A stretch of 64,000 bases of DNA, from NCBI RefSeq assembly GCF_006345805.1, contig NC_043001.1:8246001-8310000 (forward strand), given 5' to 3'. Each line of letters begins with the position of its first letter. The stretch's first letter is position 1. The notes below the pieces were generated by a model. That model was not told the origin of the DNA and searched no databases. It saw only the letters and a list, made by a program, of their open reading frames with translations. This document shows positions 11,568 through 22,651 of the stretch, in pieces. This DNA is from Octopus sinensis. Its lineage: Eukaryota. Position numbers and translations under genes: made by a program.

Positions 11568-11725
11568 GGAATTTACAAAAAACAAACAAAACAAAAGACG
11601 AAGACGGGTGTGTAAACAACAAACAGATGCATTAGTTTAACGCCCGGGAAGTGAGAAAATCTTTTGTTTCGAGCCTATGGTGTTCAACTGAATAGAACAC
11701 AGAAATAAACAGAGAGAAAAAATAA
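11568..11725 (-). mobile_element. Degenerate copy of the 9104-type element
   Basis: AAAGACGAAGACGGGTGTG...TTTCGAGCCTA homology. Confidence 0.65.
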
Positions 11726-11726
11726 T

Positions 11727-12230
11727 AATGATGATGGTCTCCCCGAAGTTTGAGCCGTGGCTTGCACAGTCCTGCATGCCCTGATAGAGTTCCATGCGGG
11801 GTTGATTTTCCTCCTCCACCAGCACTTTGGGAACGAATTTCGCCGACGCTCCCTGCGTTTACAAATCCTCATTTAAAATGGAAAGTAGTGATACTCTGCT
11901 TATTTCCACTTTGTGGTATTACACGACTGTCTTTCATGATTGCCTGCATACTCCACGACGATCTTCCATGACTTTTGGCCGAATATTCTCAATCTGCTCC
12001 AACTTTCGACTTATAAAAAGCCTGCCTGGGCATGTCTTCTTCTCCACTAATGTAGAGACAAGTTGTAGCGATTGTACCTCATTTTGACATTGGATTTTGT
12101 CCACGGCATCATCAACAAAGATGTGCTAAATCTTCAGAATGGTTTTTTTCCCAGTGATGATCATAAAACGTTTGGCAAAACTTGATGATACAATCTTCCT
12201 GTTTGATGCATTCCGTGAAGTCGAAAGTCC
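11727..12230 (-). pseudogene. Decayed mariner transposase, N-terminal part
   Basis: Manual minus-strand translation gives CIIKFCQ...IFVDDA, VMEDRR and VEISRVSLLSILNEDL*TQGASAKFVPKVL...QGMQDCASHGSNFGETII (mariner HTH and AKFVPKLL linker) with stops and frameshifts. Confidence 0.75.
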
Positions 12231-13439
12231 GATGATCTCTCTGGCATTTAATAATGCTGGCACAATTTTCGGTCGAAGTCACAACTTACTCGTGTGTGGA
12301 TATATTCCTGTATGGTCAAGGCTGGACATTTACAGACGATAAGATTTAATGTTTCTTCCCCACCATTACATATCCTTTAACTACTTGCATTCTGGTCAAT
12401 TATGCCATTGGTGTTTTCTTGTAGAGGGAATCTTATTTTGTGCCGCAAGTTAGAAATCTTCAGTTTCTGCTTAAAATTCCGCAATTCTGAACCAGTGTCC
12501 GGTTTTGATATTCTCTATGACTTTATAATAGGAACAGGAAACATAATATCAAGTGCGGGCTTTATAGCAATTACAGGATAACCATGAACACCCATCGTAT
12601 CTATAACAATTTCTCAAATTCGGGAAGTAAATTTAATTTGAATGACGAGTAGAGAAACAGAGTAATACTTGCGTGAGGAATAGCATACGTTTCGCTGATA
12701 ATACAAAACACCCATCATGTTGCCCTATTAATTAAATAAGTTCACAGGAAGGTTTCTCAATTTGAAAATGTTTGTGCAAATACTGACGCGCTTGCTATTT
12801 CGGATTCGCTTACCACTTCTGCTGATGGTCATAATACAAATATTACTAATATTTAAAATAATGGTGAACAAATTAGCGGAACTAATACTGGAGATAGTAT
12901 TGAGAGCAGCAATTCTACAGAGCTATAATTATAGTAATGGAATGAGAGATATTAATGTCGCCATTCATTTAGATCTTAATGATGGTTATATTTGATTTCA
13001 CTAAACAAAAGCCGAGTCTTCATAGCCATAACACGAATAGCAGCATATTAGGTACTACGTTTTGTTCCTGCAATATAAATAATAGTTTAACTATCAATAG
13101 GGATTGTAACAATGACGGGTGTAACGATAATTGATATTTAATACAAGATAAAAAGTGATGGAATAGCAGAATAATCCGTAGATTCTCTGTGAATATCTAC
13201 CCTTAGAAACTATTACGTAAATGTACCTATTATATTAAGCAACAAAATTCACGACATCTGGATGGGTTTAATACTAGAATAACTGAATAAAATATTTATC
13301 CCACATTCTGTCGACTTTATGAGAGAAATTATATTCCACATTAGTATAGCTTTCTCTCGTAAACGTATCATTTCCTATCATTAACTACTCATAAGCACTA
13401 TGTTAAGAATAGAAAAATTAATAGTATTATTGTTTGTTC

Positions 13440-13732
13440 TTTCTCGAGCCACGCCTGGCACATAAGGGCCGCTATCCTGGTTTCCTTGGCGTATAGGTTC
13501 TCCACCTGGACGGGACGCCTGTTCGTCGCAGGTGAGCAGCAAGATGCAGTAGGAAAAGGTGAGAGAAAGCTGTGGCGAAAGAGTCAGAAGAGTTCGCCAT
13601 TACCTCCTCCTGGAGCCGCGTGGAGCTTAGGTGTTACGCTCATAAACACACGCATCACTCGGTCGGAGATTCGATCCAGCGATCCCTCGACCACGAGTTC
13701 GCTGCTCTAAATACTAGGCCACGCGCCTCCAC
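13440..13732 (-). mobile_element. tRNA-derived SINE family B, tail variant 1
   Basis: Minus head GGAGGCGCGTGGCCTAGTATTTAGAGCAGCG; possible TSD AATAGYATTATT. Confidence 0.75.
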
Positions 13733-14902
13733 AATAGCATTATTAATCGTTCCATTATTAAAACGGGAATACCATATCAAGATGGCCGAGCTCAACGCCA
13801 TCTCTGTAGAAAGATGCCTAAGAAATAAATCTTCTAAGAAGAAGCAGTCAAATTTTGCAGACATTTTAAAACATTTCTCACCATGAATCGATATCTACCT
13901 TATTTAGTTATTTACTTATAACTACTGTGTGTCATTTAATCTAATTTAGCCAAGCTTTCAAACATTTAGACTTTATGCTCAGCGTCTATTATCGGACTTA
14001 TAACTAAATGTGTTTACGTACTTCAGTACTTATTTAGTTGTTATGTACGAATGAACAAGACTGACACACACACCCGGTTGGAATTGGTACCAATCAGCTG
14101 GAGTTTTCAGCCGACCGGATACTACGCCATTTATCAGAAGAAGGTGTCCGATATGCATTTTATAGATTTGTTTCCGAGTGCTGCTCGACAGGAGTGAACA
14201 ATTAGGGCCCTAAAGACTGTGACTTTCATCTCGAAGAAGCCAGTGTGGTGCTCCCTATAGTTAAGTTGATTTCATCAGAGGTGGGTGCAGATCAAACCTC
14301 TCGGAGCCATTTCTACGAGAGTTGGAAGGAAAGAAGTTGAAACCAGGGTGAAAATTACAGGTGGTAATGCAGCAACGCGACAGCTTAGAAGAAGGAAGAT
14401 AGATTTAAAAGAAATGCCTTAATTTGATGTTCTTACCTGCCTTTACCAATGACCGTCAATCTTGAATGATGACCAAAAGAATACGTTCAAAAATACAATC
14501 GACTATGATGGTGTTTTTCCAAAGAGTCTCTCGTGTACCATTTCTCAATATATGGTGTAGATCGTAGATCAGAGTGGTAATCCAAACAGATACGCTACTT
14601 GAGAGAGCACGGCTCCGATATTACGGGTATGTATTAAGAATGTCTCAGGCTTTTTACATAGAGACACACACGCACCCACATACACACACGTACACACATA
14701 CGCCCAAACGCACATCAACTTCATGAATATCTTCGAAAGCATGAAGGGTTCTTCCTACTCGCTTATCTTTTACCGTAATATTTCAATAGTTTGAAAAGGT
14801 TGCAAGATACAACGAAAATTTTAGAAAAAATATAAAAGAAATAATAAACATTTTACAAGTGAGTGTGTTAAATTATAAGGCACTAAACACAACAGAATAT
14901 AT

Positions 14903-14951
<49 letters not shown>

Positions 14952-14959
<8 letters not shown>

Positions 14960-15135
14960 TCATATTAGGGTACAATTAAATAATAATTAATAATTTTACC
15001 AAGTAGATCGATACGTTAAAATAATATTTTTAGGTAATATTATATAAATAGTCTATAATTATAAACATAATTATAATTAGGGGTCATCTAGTTGCTTTAC
15101 CACGCACCGAATTTAGAAATAGGAGTTAAAATACC
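14952..15135 (-). mobile_element. Degenerate fragment of the hammerhead Penelope-like family
   Basis: TTTTACCAAGTAG...TTACCAC..ACCGAATTTAGAAATAG shared with the 15660-16724 element and with 61325-61460. Confidence 0.55.
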
Positions 15136-15237
15136 GTAAAGATCTCCCAGAGAGTAACACACTTTTTAGGTACGTAAATTATAATTGTTTATAATTATAG
15201 AATATATATATATATATATATATGTTAAGTATAGGAA

Positions 15238-15640
15238 GGCGCAGGAGTGACTGTGTGGTAAGTAGCTTGCTAACCAACCACATGGTTCCGGGTTCAGTCC
15301 CACTGCGTGTCATCTTGGGCAAGTGTCTTCTGCTATAGCCCCGGGCCGACCAATGCCTTGTGAGTGGATTTGGTAGACGGAAACTAAAAGAAGCCTGTCG
15401 TATATATGTATATATATATATAAGTGTGTGTGTGTGTTTGTGTGTCTGTGTTTGTTCCCCTAGCATTGCTTGACAACTGATGCTGGTGAGTTTATGTCCC
15501 CGTCACCTAGCGGTTCGGCAAAAGAGACCGAAACTTGGCTTACAAAGAATAAGTCCCGGGGTCGATTTGCTCGACTAAAAGGCGGTGCTCCAGCATGGCC
15601 GCAGTCAAATGACTGACACAAGTAAAAGAGTAATGAGAGA
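15238..15640 (+). mobile_element. tRNA-derived SINE family D (CORE-like TCTTGGGCAAGTGTCTT; CR1-like 3' tail)
   Basis: Head GGCGCAGGAGTG...GGTTCAGTCCC; internal (TA)/(TG) tract; tail GGCGGTGCTCCAGCATGGCCGCAGTCAAATGACTG. Confidence 0.88.
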
Positions 15641-15659
15641 GTATATATATATATATATA

Positions 15660-16723
15660 TACTAAGCAATAAAGGGTTTAGCAACGAATTGCCTTACCAC
15701 ATACCGAATTTAGAAATAGCAGTCAAAGAGTTATAGCTATTTCTTCTACTAAAAAGGGAGATCTCAGTAAAAACAGCAATTGGAAGGCAGACACAAACAG
15801 GTAAGAGAGAATGAATTGACGGCAATCTATCATACAATTTTAAGTTATCTACGGACGCACGTTTCGAAATCAAGTTTTTAGGAAAGCATAAGAATTATGT
15901 GTCTGCCTTCCAATTGCTGTTTTTACTGAGATCTCCCTTTTTAGTAGAAGAAATAGCTATAACTCTTTGACTGCTATTTCTAAATTCGGTATGTGGTAAG
16001 GCAATTCGTTGCTAAACCCTTTATTGCTTAGTATTACTTAAATTTTCCTCGAATGAGGCTTTTACATGCCGAAGACTACTTGGTGTAATTGATAATTATT
16101 CCAAATTAATTAATTTCACCCTTCATTATTACGGATAACCATATTTTATCTCAGTAGATGACCACAGCATCTTGTTTTGGCTACACGCGGGTGGGAATGG
16201 GCTGGTGACACAATCTTTTCATTCACACATTGAATTTGGTGATACTAGTTGCGGATTCTAGCTCGCTCTGATACTGAGTTGAGTTGGTACCTTCTAGTAT
16301 CTCAAAATTCAATATATAATCATTTATGATTATAGTATTCTACGCTGAAGAGAAAAGAAGTTTTGGTAAGGTAGAATTATTTAATATTTAATTCTTATGC
16401 TTTCCTAAAAACTTGATTTCGAAACGTGCGTCCATAGATAACTTAAAATTGTATGATAGATTGCCGTCAATTCATTCTCTCTTATCTGTTTGTGTCTGCC
16501 TTCCAATTGCTGTTTTTACTGAGATCTCCCTTTTTAGTAGAAGAAATAGCTATAACTCTTTGACTGCTATTTCTAAATTCCGTATGTGGTAAGGCAATTC
16601 GTTGCTAAACCCTTTATTGCTTAGTATTACTTAAATTTTCCTCGAATGAGGCTTTTACATGCCGAAGACTACTTGGTGTAATTGATAATTATTCCAAATT
16701 AATTAATTTCACCCCTCATTATT

Positions 16724-16724
<1 letters not shown>
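15660..16724 (+). mobile_element. Non-autonomous Penelope-like/retrozyme-like element: 238-bp inverted arm + 593-bp unit bounded by 234-bp direct repeats
   Basis: 15898-16131 matches 16491-16724 (2 differences seen); 15660-15897 is the reverse complement of 16389-16626; hammerhead inside; TA-repeat flanks; no ORF. Confidence 0.8.
16339..16438 (+). ncRNA. Type I hammerhead ribozyme motif
   Basis: Stem I TCTACG/CATAGA (CGTAGA in the inverted copy); CTGAAGA at 16345; long stem II; GAAA at 16421; stem III ACG-TG-CGT; GUC cleavage triplet ending at 16432. Confidence 0.75.
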
Positions 16725-16942
<218 letters not shown>

Positions 16943-17621
16943 AACTCTGATGGTTTTCAATTTTTCAATTTTTGAGGGTGTGGATTGTATTTTCAGGCAG
17001 GTCGCAAACATGTACCTGTCTTTTATTTTTATTTAATAGTTCAATACCAAATGTCAGATCTTGTTTCCTTAGATACCTACGCACATTGTTTGACGTTTCA
17101 AACTAGGCGATTAATCCAGTCTGAGAACTGCCTATATTCTTAAAATAGACGTCAAATACGTCCACCCACTACAAACATTCACTTTACATATACACAGGTG
17201 GAAAGTGAGAAAGTAGATTGACTGAATATTCATAATTTAGATAGTTTTGGACTAATCAATACCTGGATAGTTTGATAACTTTTAGATCATCAGCAAAACA
17301 TGCTGAGCAAAATGAATGAAAATATATATACATACCCTCAGAAAAGCACGCGCAAAATGCCAGGACATAGAAATATATACTCATCGAATTTTGCGGTCCA
17401 CCTCCAGATATGTGTATTTGATATATAGCCACTCATAAAATTCATTATTTTAAAAATTCTATCCACTATCTTTTTGTGTAGACGTGTATAAATATACATA
17501 AGTAAATGTGTGTACATAATTGTAGATATACATATCCGTATATCAGTTTACAGGCTTACATATTCTCACACAAATGTATATATGTAGAAATGTATATCGA
17601 AATTATATACATATGTATATA

Positions 17622-17665
<44 letters not shown>

Positions 17666-17683
17666 ATATGCATATATATATAC

Positions 17684-17825
17684 ATTTCTTTATTACCCAT
17701 AAGGGGCTAAACATAGAGGGGACAAACAAAGACAGACAAAGGGATTAAGTCGAATACATCGACCCCAGTGCGTAACTGGTACTTTATTTATCGACCCCGA
17801 AAGGATGAAAGGCAAAGTCGACCTC
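17684..17825 (-). mobile_element. SINE family A, 5'-truncated
   Basis: Reverse complement of the family A body and tail. Confidence 0.85.
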
Positions 17826-17834
17826 ATACATATA

Positions 17835-17914
<80 letters not shown>

Positions 17915-18142
17915 GTGTGTGTGTATAGATTTAGATATATGTATAACGTAACTAAATGTGAATCGTTGGCAATTTTTCTTCAGCTGCCTTCCTTTTCTAT
18001 GAGACTTTCCTGTTTCTAAAGAAGAGTTTGCTCGAAACATCAAACCATCTTTCTTTCCTTCCTTGAACGTCTGCTAATACTTTACCTGTACTACGTCCTT
18101 ACTTTTTTTTAAGTGTTTGCTCTTCGTTCTTTTTTAATTTTT

Positions 18143-18174
<32 letters not shown>

Positions 18175-18207
18175 CATATACACACACGCACACACACACA
18201 CACACAC

Positions 18208-18270
<63 letters not shown>

Positions 18271-18285
18271 ATATATGTGTGTGTG

Positions 18286-18556
18286 TGGAGGCACAATGGC
18301 CCAGTGGTTAGGGCAGCGGACTCGCGGTCGTAGTATCGTGGTTTCGATTCCCAGACCGGGCGTTGTGAGTGTTTATTGAAAGAAAATACCTAAAAGCACC
18401 ACGAGGCTCCAGCAGGGGGGGGTGATCCCTGCTGTACTATTTCATCACTCTTTCTTCAGTGGTCCTGCTCGCTAAGCATTTGAAGGCTAAAACAATGCGA
18501 GCGCATTGTGACCAGCGATGTGTAACTACATCTGATTGACTGGTCGGTCACGTGAT

Positions 18557-18563
<7 letters not shown>
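18286..18563 (+). mobile_element. SINE family B, tail variant 2
   Basis: Head GGAGGCACAATGGCCCAGTGGTTAGGGCAGCGGACTCGCGG...GGTTTCGATTCCC. Confidence 0.85.
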
Positions 18564-18593
<30 letters not shown>

Positions 18594-18956
18594 GACACAC
18601 TTATAAATATACATATACGAGGAGGTATCGCAAAGGTAATAAGAAATGCTCACTGTGGTACAAGCACTTTGTGGTACAGGCTTCCGCCGCTGGAATCCAC
18701 TTGAAGCAATCCTCAGGCATCCGTCTGCCAACCGGTATTGTCGAATAAAATCGTACTGCCATGTTATTCATCTTTTTTTTTTGCAGTGCTTCTTCCCTGT
18801 TTCTTGATTCTTGATACATGAAATAGAGAAACTGCGTGCGACCTTGAAATTATTTATTCTTTTTTATTTGTTTTTGAGATTTTGTGTAAAATCTCTTGGA
18901 GCGTTTTGGTAAAATTATACTCATGTGTCCTAATTTAATTAAATTCTATATCCTTG

Positions 18957-19048
18957 TGCAGCTGAAGACTGCTCTACATTTTAACTTGATGTAATGAAAT
19001 AATTGTATTGTTCAATTAAATGGAATCGCATGAAACGATCGTACTGCA
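18957..19048 (+). ncRNA. Type I hammerhead ribozyme motif
   Basis: Perfect stem I TGCAG/CTGCA; CTGAAGA at 18962; extended stem II; GAAA at 19032; palindromic stem III ACGATCGT; GUA cleavage triplet. Confidence 0.7.
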
Positions 19049-20211
19049 TTCCCTCTGGAAATCCTTGTTGCTTATTTTCTTTTTAATCAGCTTATTTTGA
19101 AATTGTATGGATAATACTATGCTAAATTCTGGTGCTTCATGTTAAGTATCATCTTCATCTGAATCTAAATTATTTACATATATATATATAGAGATATATA
19201 TATATGTATGTGTATGTATAGATTACACCTCACCCTCAAGCATGAATGTGTAAACGTACTCTCCGTTACCTGATATACCGTTATATATTTCTATATAATG
19301 TTCATTGGCGCTTTTGATGATGTTAATGATATCGATAACGATAAAATTATTATCCAATATTTTATTGAATTTTGCATATTTTGTCAGCGCTCCACCGATA
19401 AAAGTACAAAAACCAAATATGGCCGTATTTGAAGTCAGTTTCTATTTATACGATGAGAAATACCAATCCTATATTATATGCTACTCTCATCTGTTTTCTG
19501 ATATTTAATGTAGTTTTAATTGTGAGATGCTTCTTCTCATTTAACAAAAATTCGTTTGGTTAGTCACAATGAACGAAATATATATTGTTAGCTTGTAATT
19601 AATCATATAAAAACTACATAAAAGTTACTGTTTCCATATTCCGAAAGGGAGATAACTGTAATTACAGTGGAATCTTTTAGCGGGTGATGAACCCATCTAA
19701 ACACAATTTATATGAGAGAGAGAAGAAGTAGATAGATAAATACGGGTATATATAAATAATATAGATGCCTTTAATCAATTTAACACCATAGATATTTATA
19801 GACGACATACGGCACTCAGTTGTACTGGCACTGTTATAAATAAGGGTCAAACCCACTCACTAGCCGCTAAGCACTTTTTTAAATGACTCACAAGAAAGAT
19901 AAGCTCCGTTTGCGGCAGCTAAATATCGTTGGAGATACTACGGAGTTTCTGAGTAGATATTGAGGAACTAACGAACTATATTCAATAATCATGGAACTTA
20001 ATACGGTTTCATCTGACTTATATCACGCCAACATCTCCTATTCTGAGTTATTTTACTGCCTACAGTCCTGTGGTTGATTCAGCACAAATATATATAGAAA
20101 ACCCAGCAATTCACAATGTAGTCGTTGCCTGAATCCCAAATGGGATTCTGGCATCCTAATAAGTTTTTGCTAAATATCAGGAAATGACATTATAAGGACT
20201 CTCTCTCTTAC

Positions 20212-21441
20212 CAAACGAGATCGATACTTAGCCGTTAGACAAACAAAATCGATAAAATGACAGAGCGTTCCGCTAAACAAGTTCGATAAAATGACTCAGC
20301 GGTTCGCCAAACGAGATCGATAAAATGACTTAGCGGTTCACCAAACGAGATCTATGAAATGAAATAGCGGTTCGTCAAACGAAATCGATGAATTAAATTA
20401 GCAGTACGACAAAGGAGATCGATAAAATGATATACCGGTTCACCAAACTAGATCGATAAAAAAGAATTAGCGGTTCGACAAACGAAATCGATAAAATGAC
20501 TTAGCAGTTCACGAAAGGAGATCGATAAAATGACTTAGCGGTTCGCCAAATAAGATCGATGAAATGACATAGCGGTTCACCAAATGATCGATAAATTGAC
20601 GTAGCGGTTCGCCAAACACGATCGATAAAATGACGTAGAGGGTCACCGAACGAGATTGATAACATGACGTAGCGGTTCGCAAAATGAGATCGACAAAATA
20701 ACATAGCGGTTCACCAAACGAGATCAATAAAATGATGGAGCGGTTCGACAAAGGAGATCGATAAAATGACGTAGCGTTTCGCTAAACGAATTCGATAAAA
20801 TGACATAGCGGTTCGTCAAACATGATCGATAAAATGACTTAGTGGTTCGCCAAACCAGAACGATAAAAGTACGGAGCGTTCGCCAAATGAGATCGATAAA
20901 ATGACTTAGAGGCTCGACAATCGATATCGATAAAAGGAATTAGTGGTTCGCCAAAGGAGTTCGATAAAATGACTTATTGGTTCACCATAAGAGATCGATG
21001 AAATGACTTAGCAGTTCAACAAACGCGACGATATAAATGACGATAAAATGACGTAGCGGTTCGCCAAACGTGATCGATAAAATAATTTGAGATGCACCAA
21101 ACGAATTCGATAAGATAACCTAGCGTTTCACCAAACGATATCGATGAAATGACATAGCGGTTCGACAAACGAGATTGATAAAATGACGTAGTGGTTTGCC
21201 AAACAAGATCGATAAAACTACATAGCGTTTCACCAGAAGAGATCGATCAAATGACTTAGCGGTGCGCTACACGATATCGATAGAATGACTAAGCAGTTCG
21301 CCAAACGAGATCGAAAAATGCCTTCGCGGTTCACCAAACGATATCTATAGATTAACGTAGCGTTTTGCTAAACGAAATCGATAAAATGACATAGCGGTTC
21401 GCCAAACGAAATCGATAAGTTGACCTTAGCTGTTTGCCAAA
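20212..21441 (+). repeat. Minisatellite, 34-bp unit AAACGAGATCGATAAAATGACTTAGCGGTTCGCC, ~36 diverged copies
   Basis: Regular 34-bp periodicity of ATCGATAAAATGAC and GCGGTTCGCC. Confidence 0.93.
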
Positions 21442-21444
21442 TGA

Positions 21445-22651
21445 TGAAAATTTCTTGGGAATTTCCGAAGACTTTCTAACTTCTTGGAAAATTAGCCGAA
21501 AACTTACTGGAAAGTTCCGAGGATTTTGAAACATCCGGATAATTTCGTCGGAAACTTCCTTGGAAGTTGCGAGGATATTCTAAATTCCGGGAAATTAGGT
21601 CGAAAAATTCCATGAAAGATCCGAGGATTATCTAACTTCCGCGAAATTTCGTCGAAAATTGCATGGGAAGTTCCGAGTATTGTTTTTACTGCTGCAAGAT
21701 TTCCTCGAAAAATTCTTGGGTAGTTATGAGGATATTCTAAGTTCCGGGAAGTTTCGTCGAAAACTACCTGGAAATTTCCGCTGATTTTCTTACTTCCGGG
21801 AAATTTCGTCGGAAAATGAATGGGAAATTCCGAGAATTTTCTTACTTCCGGGGAATTTCATCGAAAACTGCATGGGAAGTTCCGAGGATTTTGTAACTTC
21901 CGCGACATTCGGTCGAAAACGTTCTCGGGAAGTTTCGAATATTTTTTAACTCCCGCGAAATTTCGTCGAAATGTCCCGAGGATTTTCCAACTTCAGGGAA
22001 AATTCGTCGAAATCTGCATGGGATGTACCATGAATTTTCTAACTCCAGGGAAATTTTGTCAAAAACTGCATGGGATGTTTCGAGGATTTGAACCTCTGGG
22101 ATATTTCGCCGGAAACTACCTGGGAAGTTAAAAAATCCGCGGAAATTCCCGGGAAGTTTTCAACGCAATTTGGCGTAACTTAGAAAATACTCGGAACTTT
22201 CCATGTATTTGTCGACGAAATTTCCCTGAAGTTAGAATATCTCCGGACTTTCCATGAAGTTTTCTACCAAATTTCCCGGAATTTAGTTTATCCTCGGAAA
22301 TTTCCATGCAGTTTTCGACCAAATGTCCAGTAAGTTAGAAACTTCTCGGAACTTCCCATACATTTTTCGTCGAAATTTGCCGGAAGTTGGAAAATCCTCA
22401 GAACTTCACATGCAATTTTCGTCCAAATTTGCCAGAAGTTTGAAAATGTTCGGAACTTCCCATGATATATTTTCGACGATATATCCCGGGAGTTAGAATA
22501 TCCTCTGAACCCCCATGTAGTTTTCGACCAATTTTCCCGGAAGTTGGAAATTCCTCGGAACTTCCCATGTAGTTTTCGACGAAATTTCCCGTAAGTTAGA
22601 CTATTCTCGGACCTTCCTATAATGTTTTCGACCAATTTTACCTGAAGTTAG
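21445..22651. repeat. Minisatellite, 52-bp unit GGGAAATTTCGTCGAAAACTGCATGGGAAGTTCCGAGGATTTTCTAACTTCC; ~13 forward copies then ~10 reverse-complement copies
   Basis: GGGA motif recurs at ~21665, 21718, 21770, 21822, 21874 and 21927; orientation flips at 22123-22129. Confidence 0.9.

Noticed and set aside
13789-13886. Kozak-like CAAGATGGCC short ORF (MAELNAISVERC...)
   Set aside because: Short, with no recognisable homology and no convincing splice donor.
18286-18360. tRNA gene
   Set aside because: A tRNA-like SINE head that continues into a multi-copy SINE body and has no proper acceptor stem; the same applies to the other SINE heads.
20212-21441. CRISPR array
   Set aside because: Units are contiguous with no unique spacers, there are no cas genes, and the context is eukaryotic.
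21820-22635. ORFs within the 52-bp array
   Set aside because: The 52-bp period breaks frame and the peptides have no domain signature.
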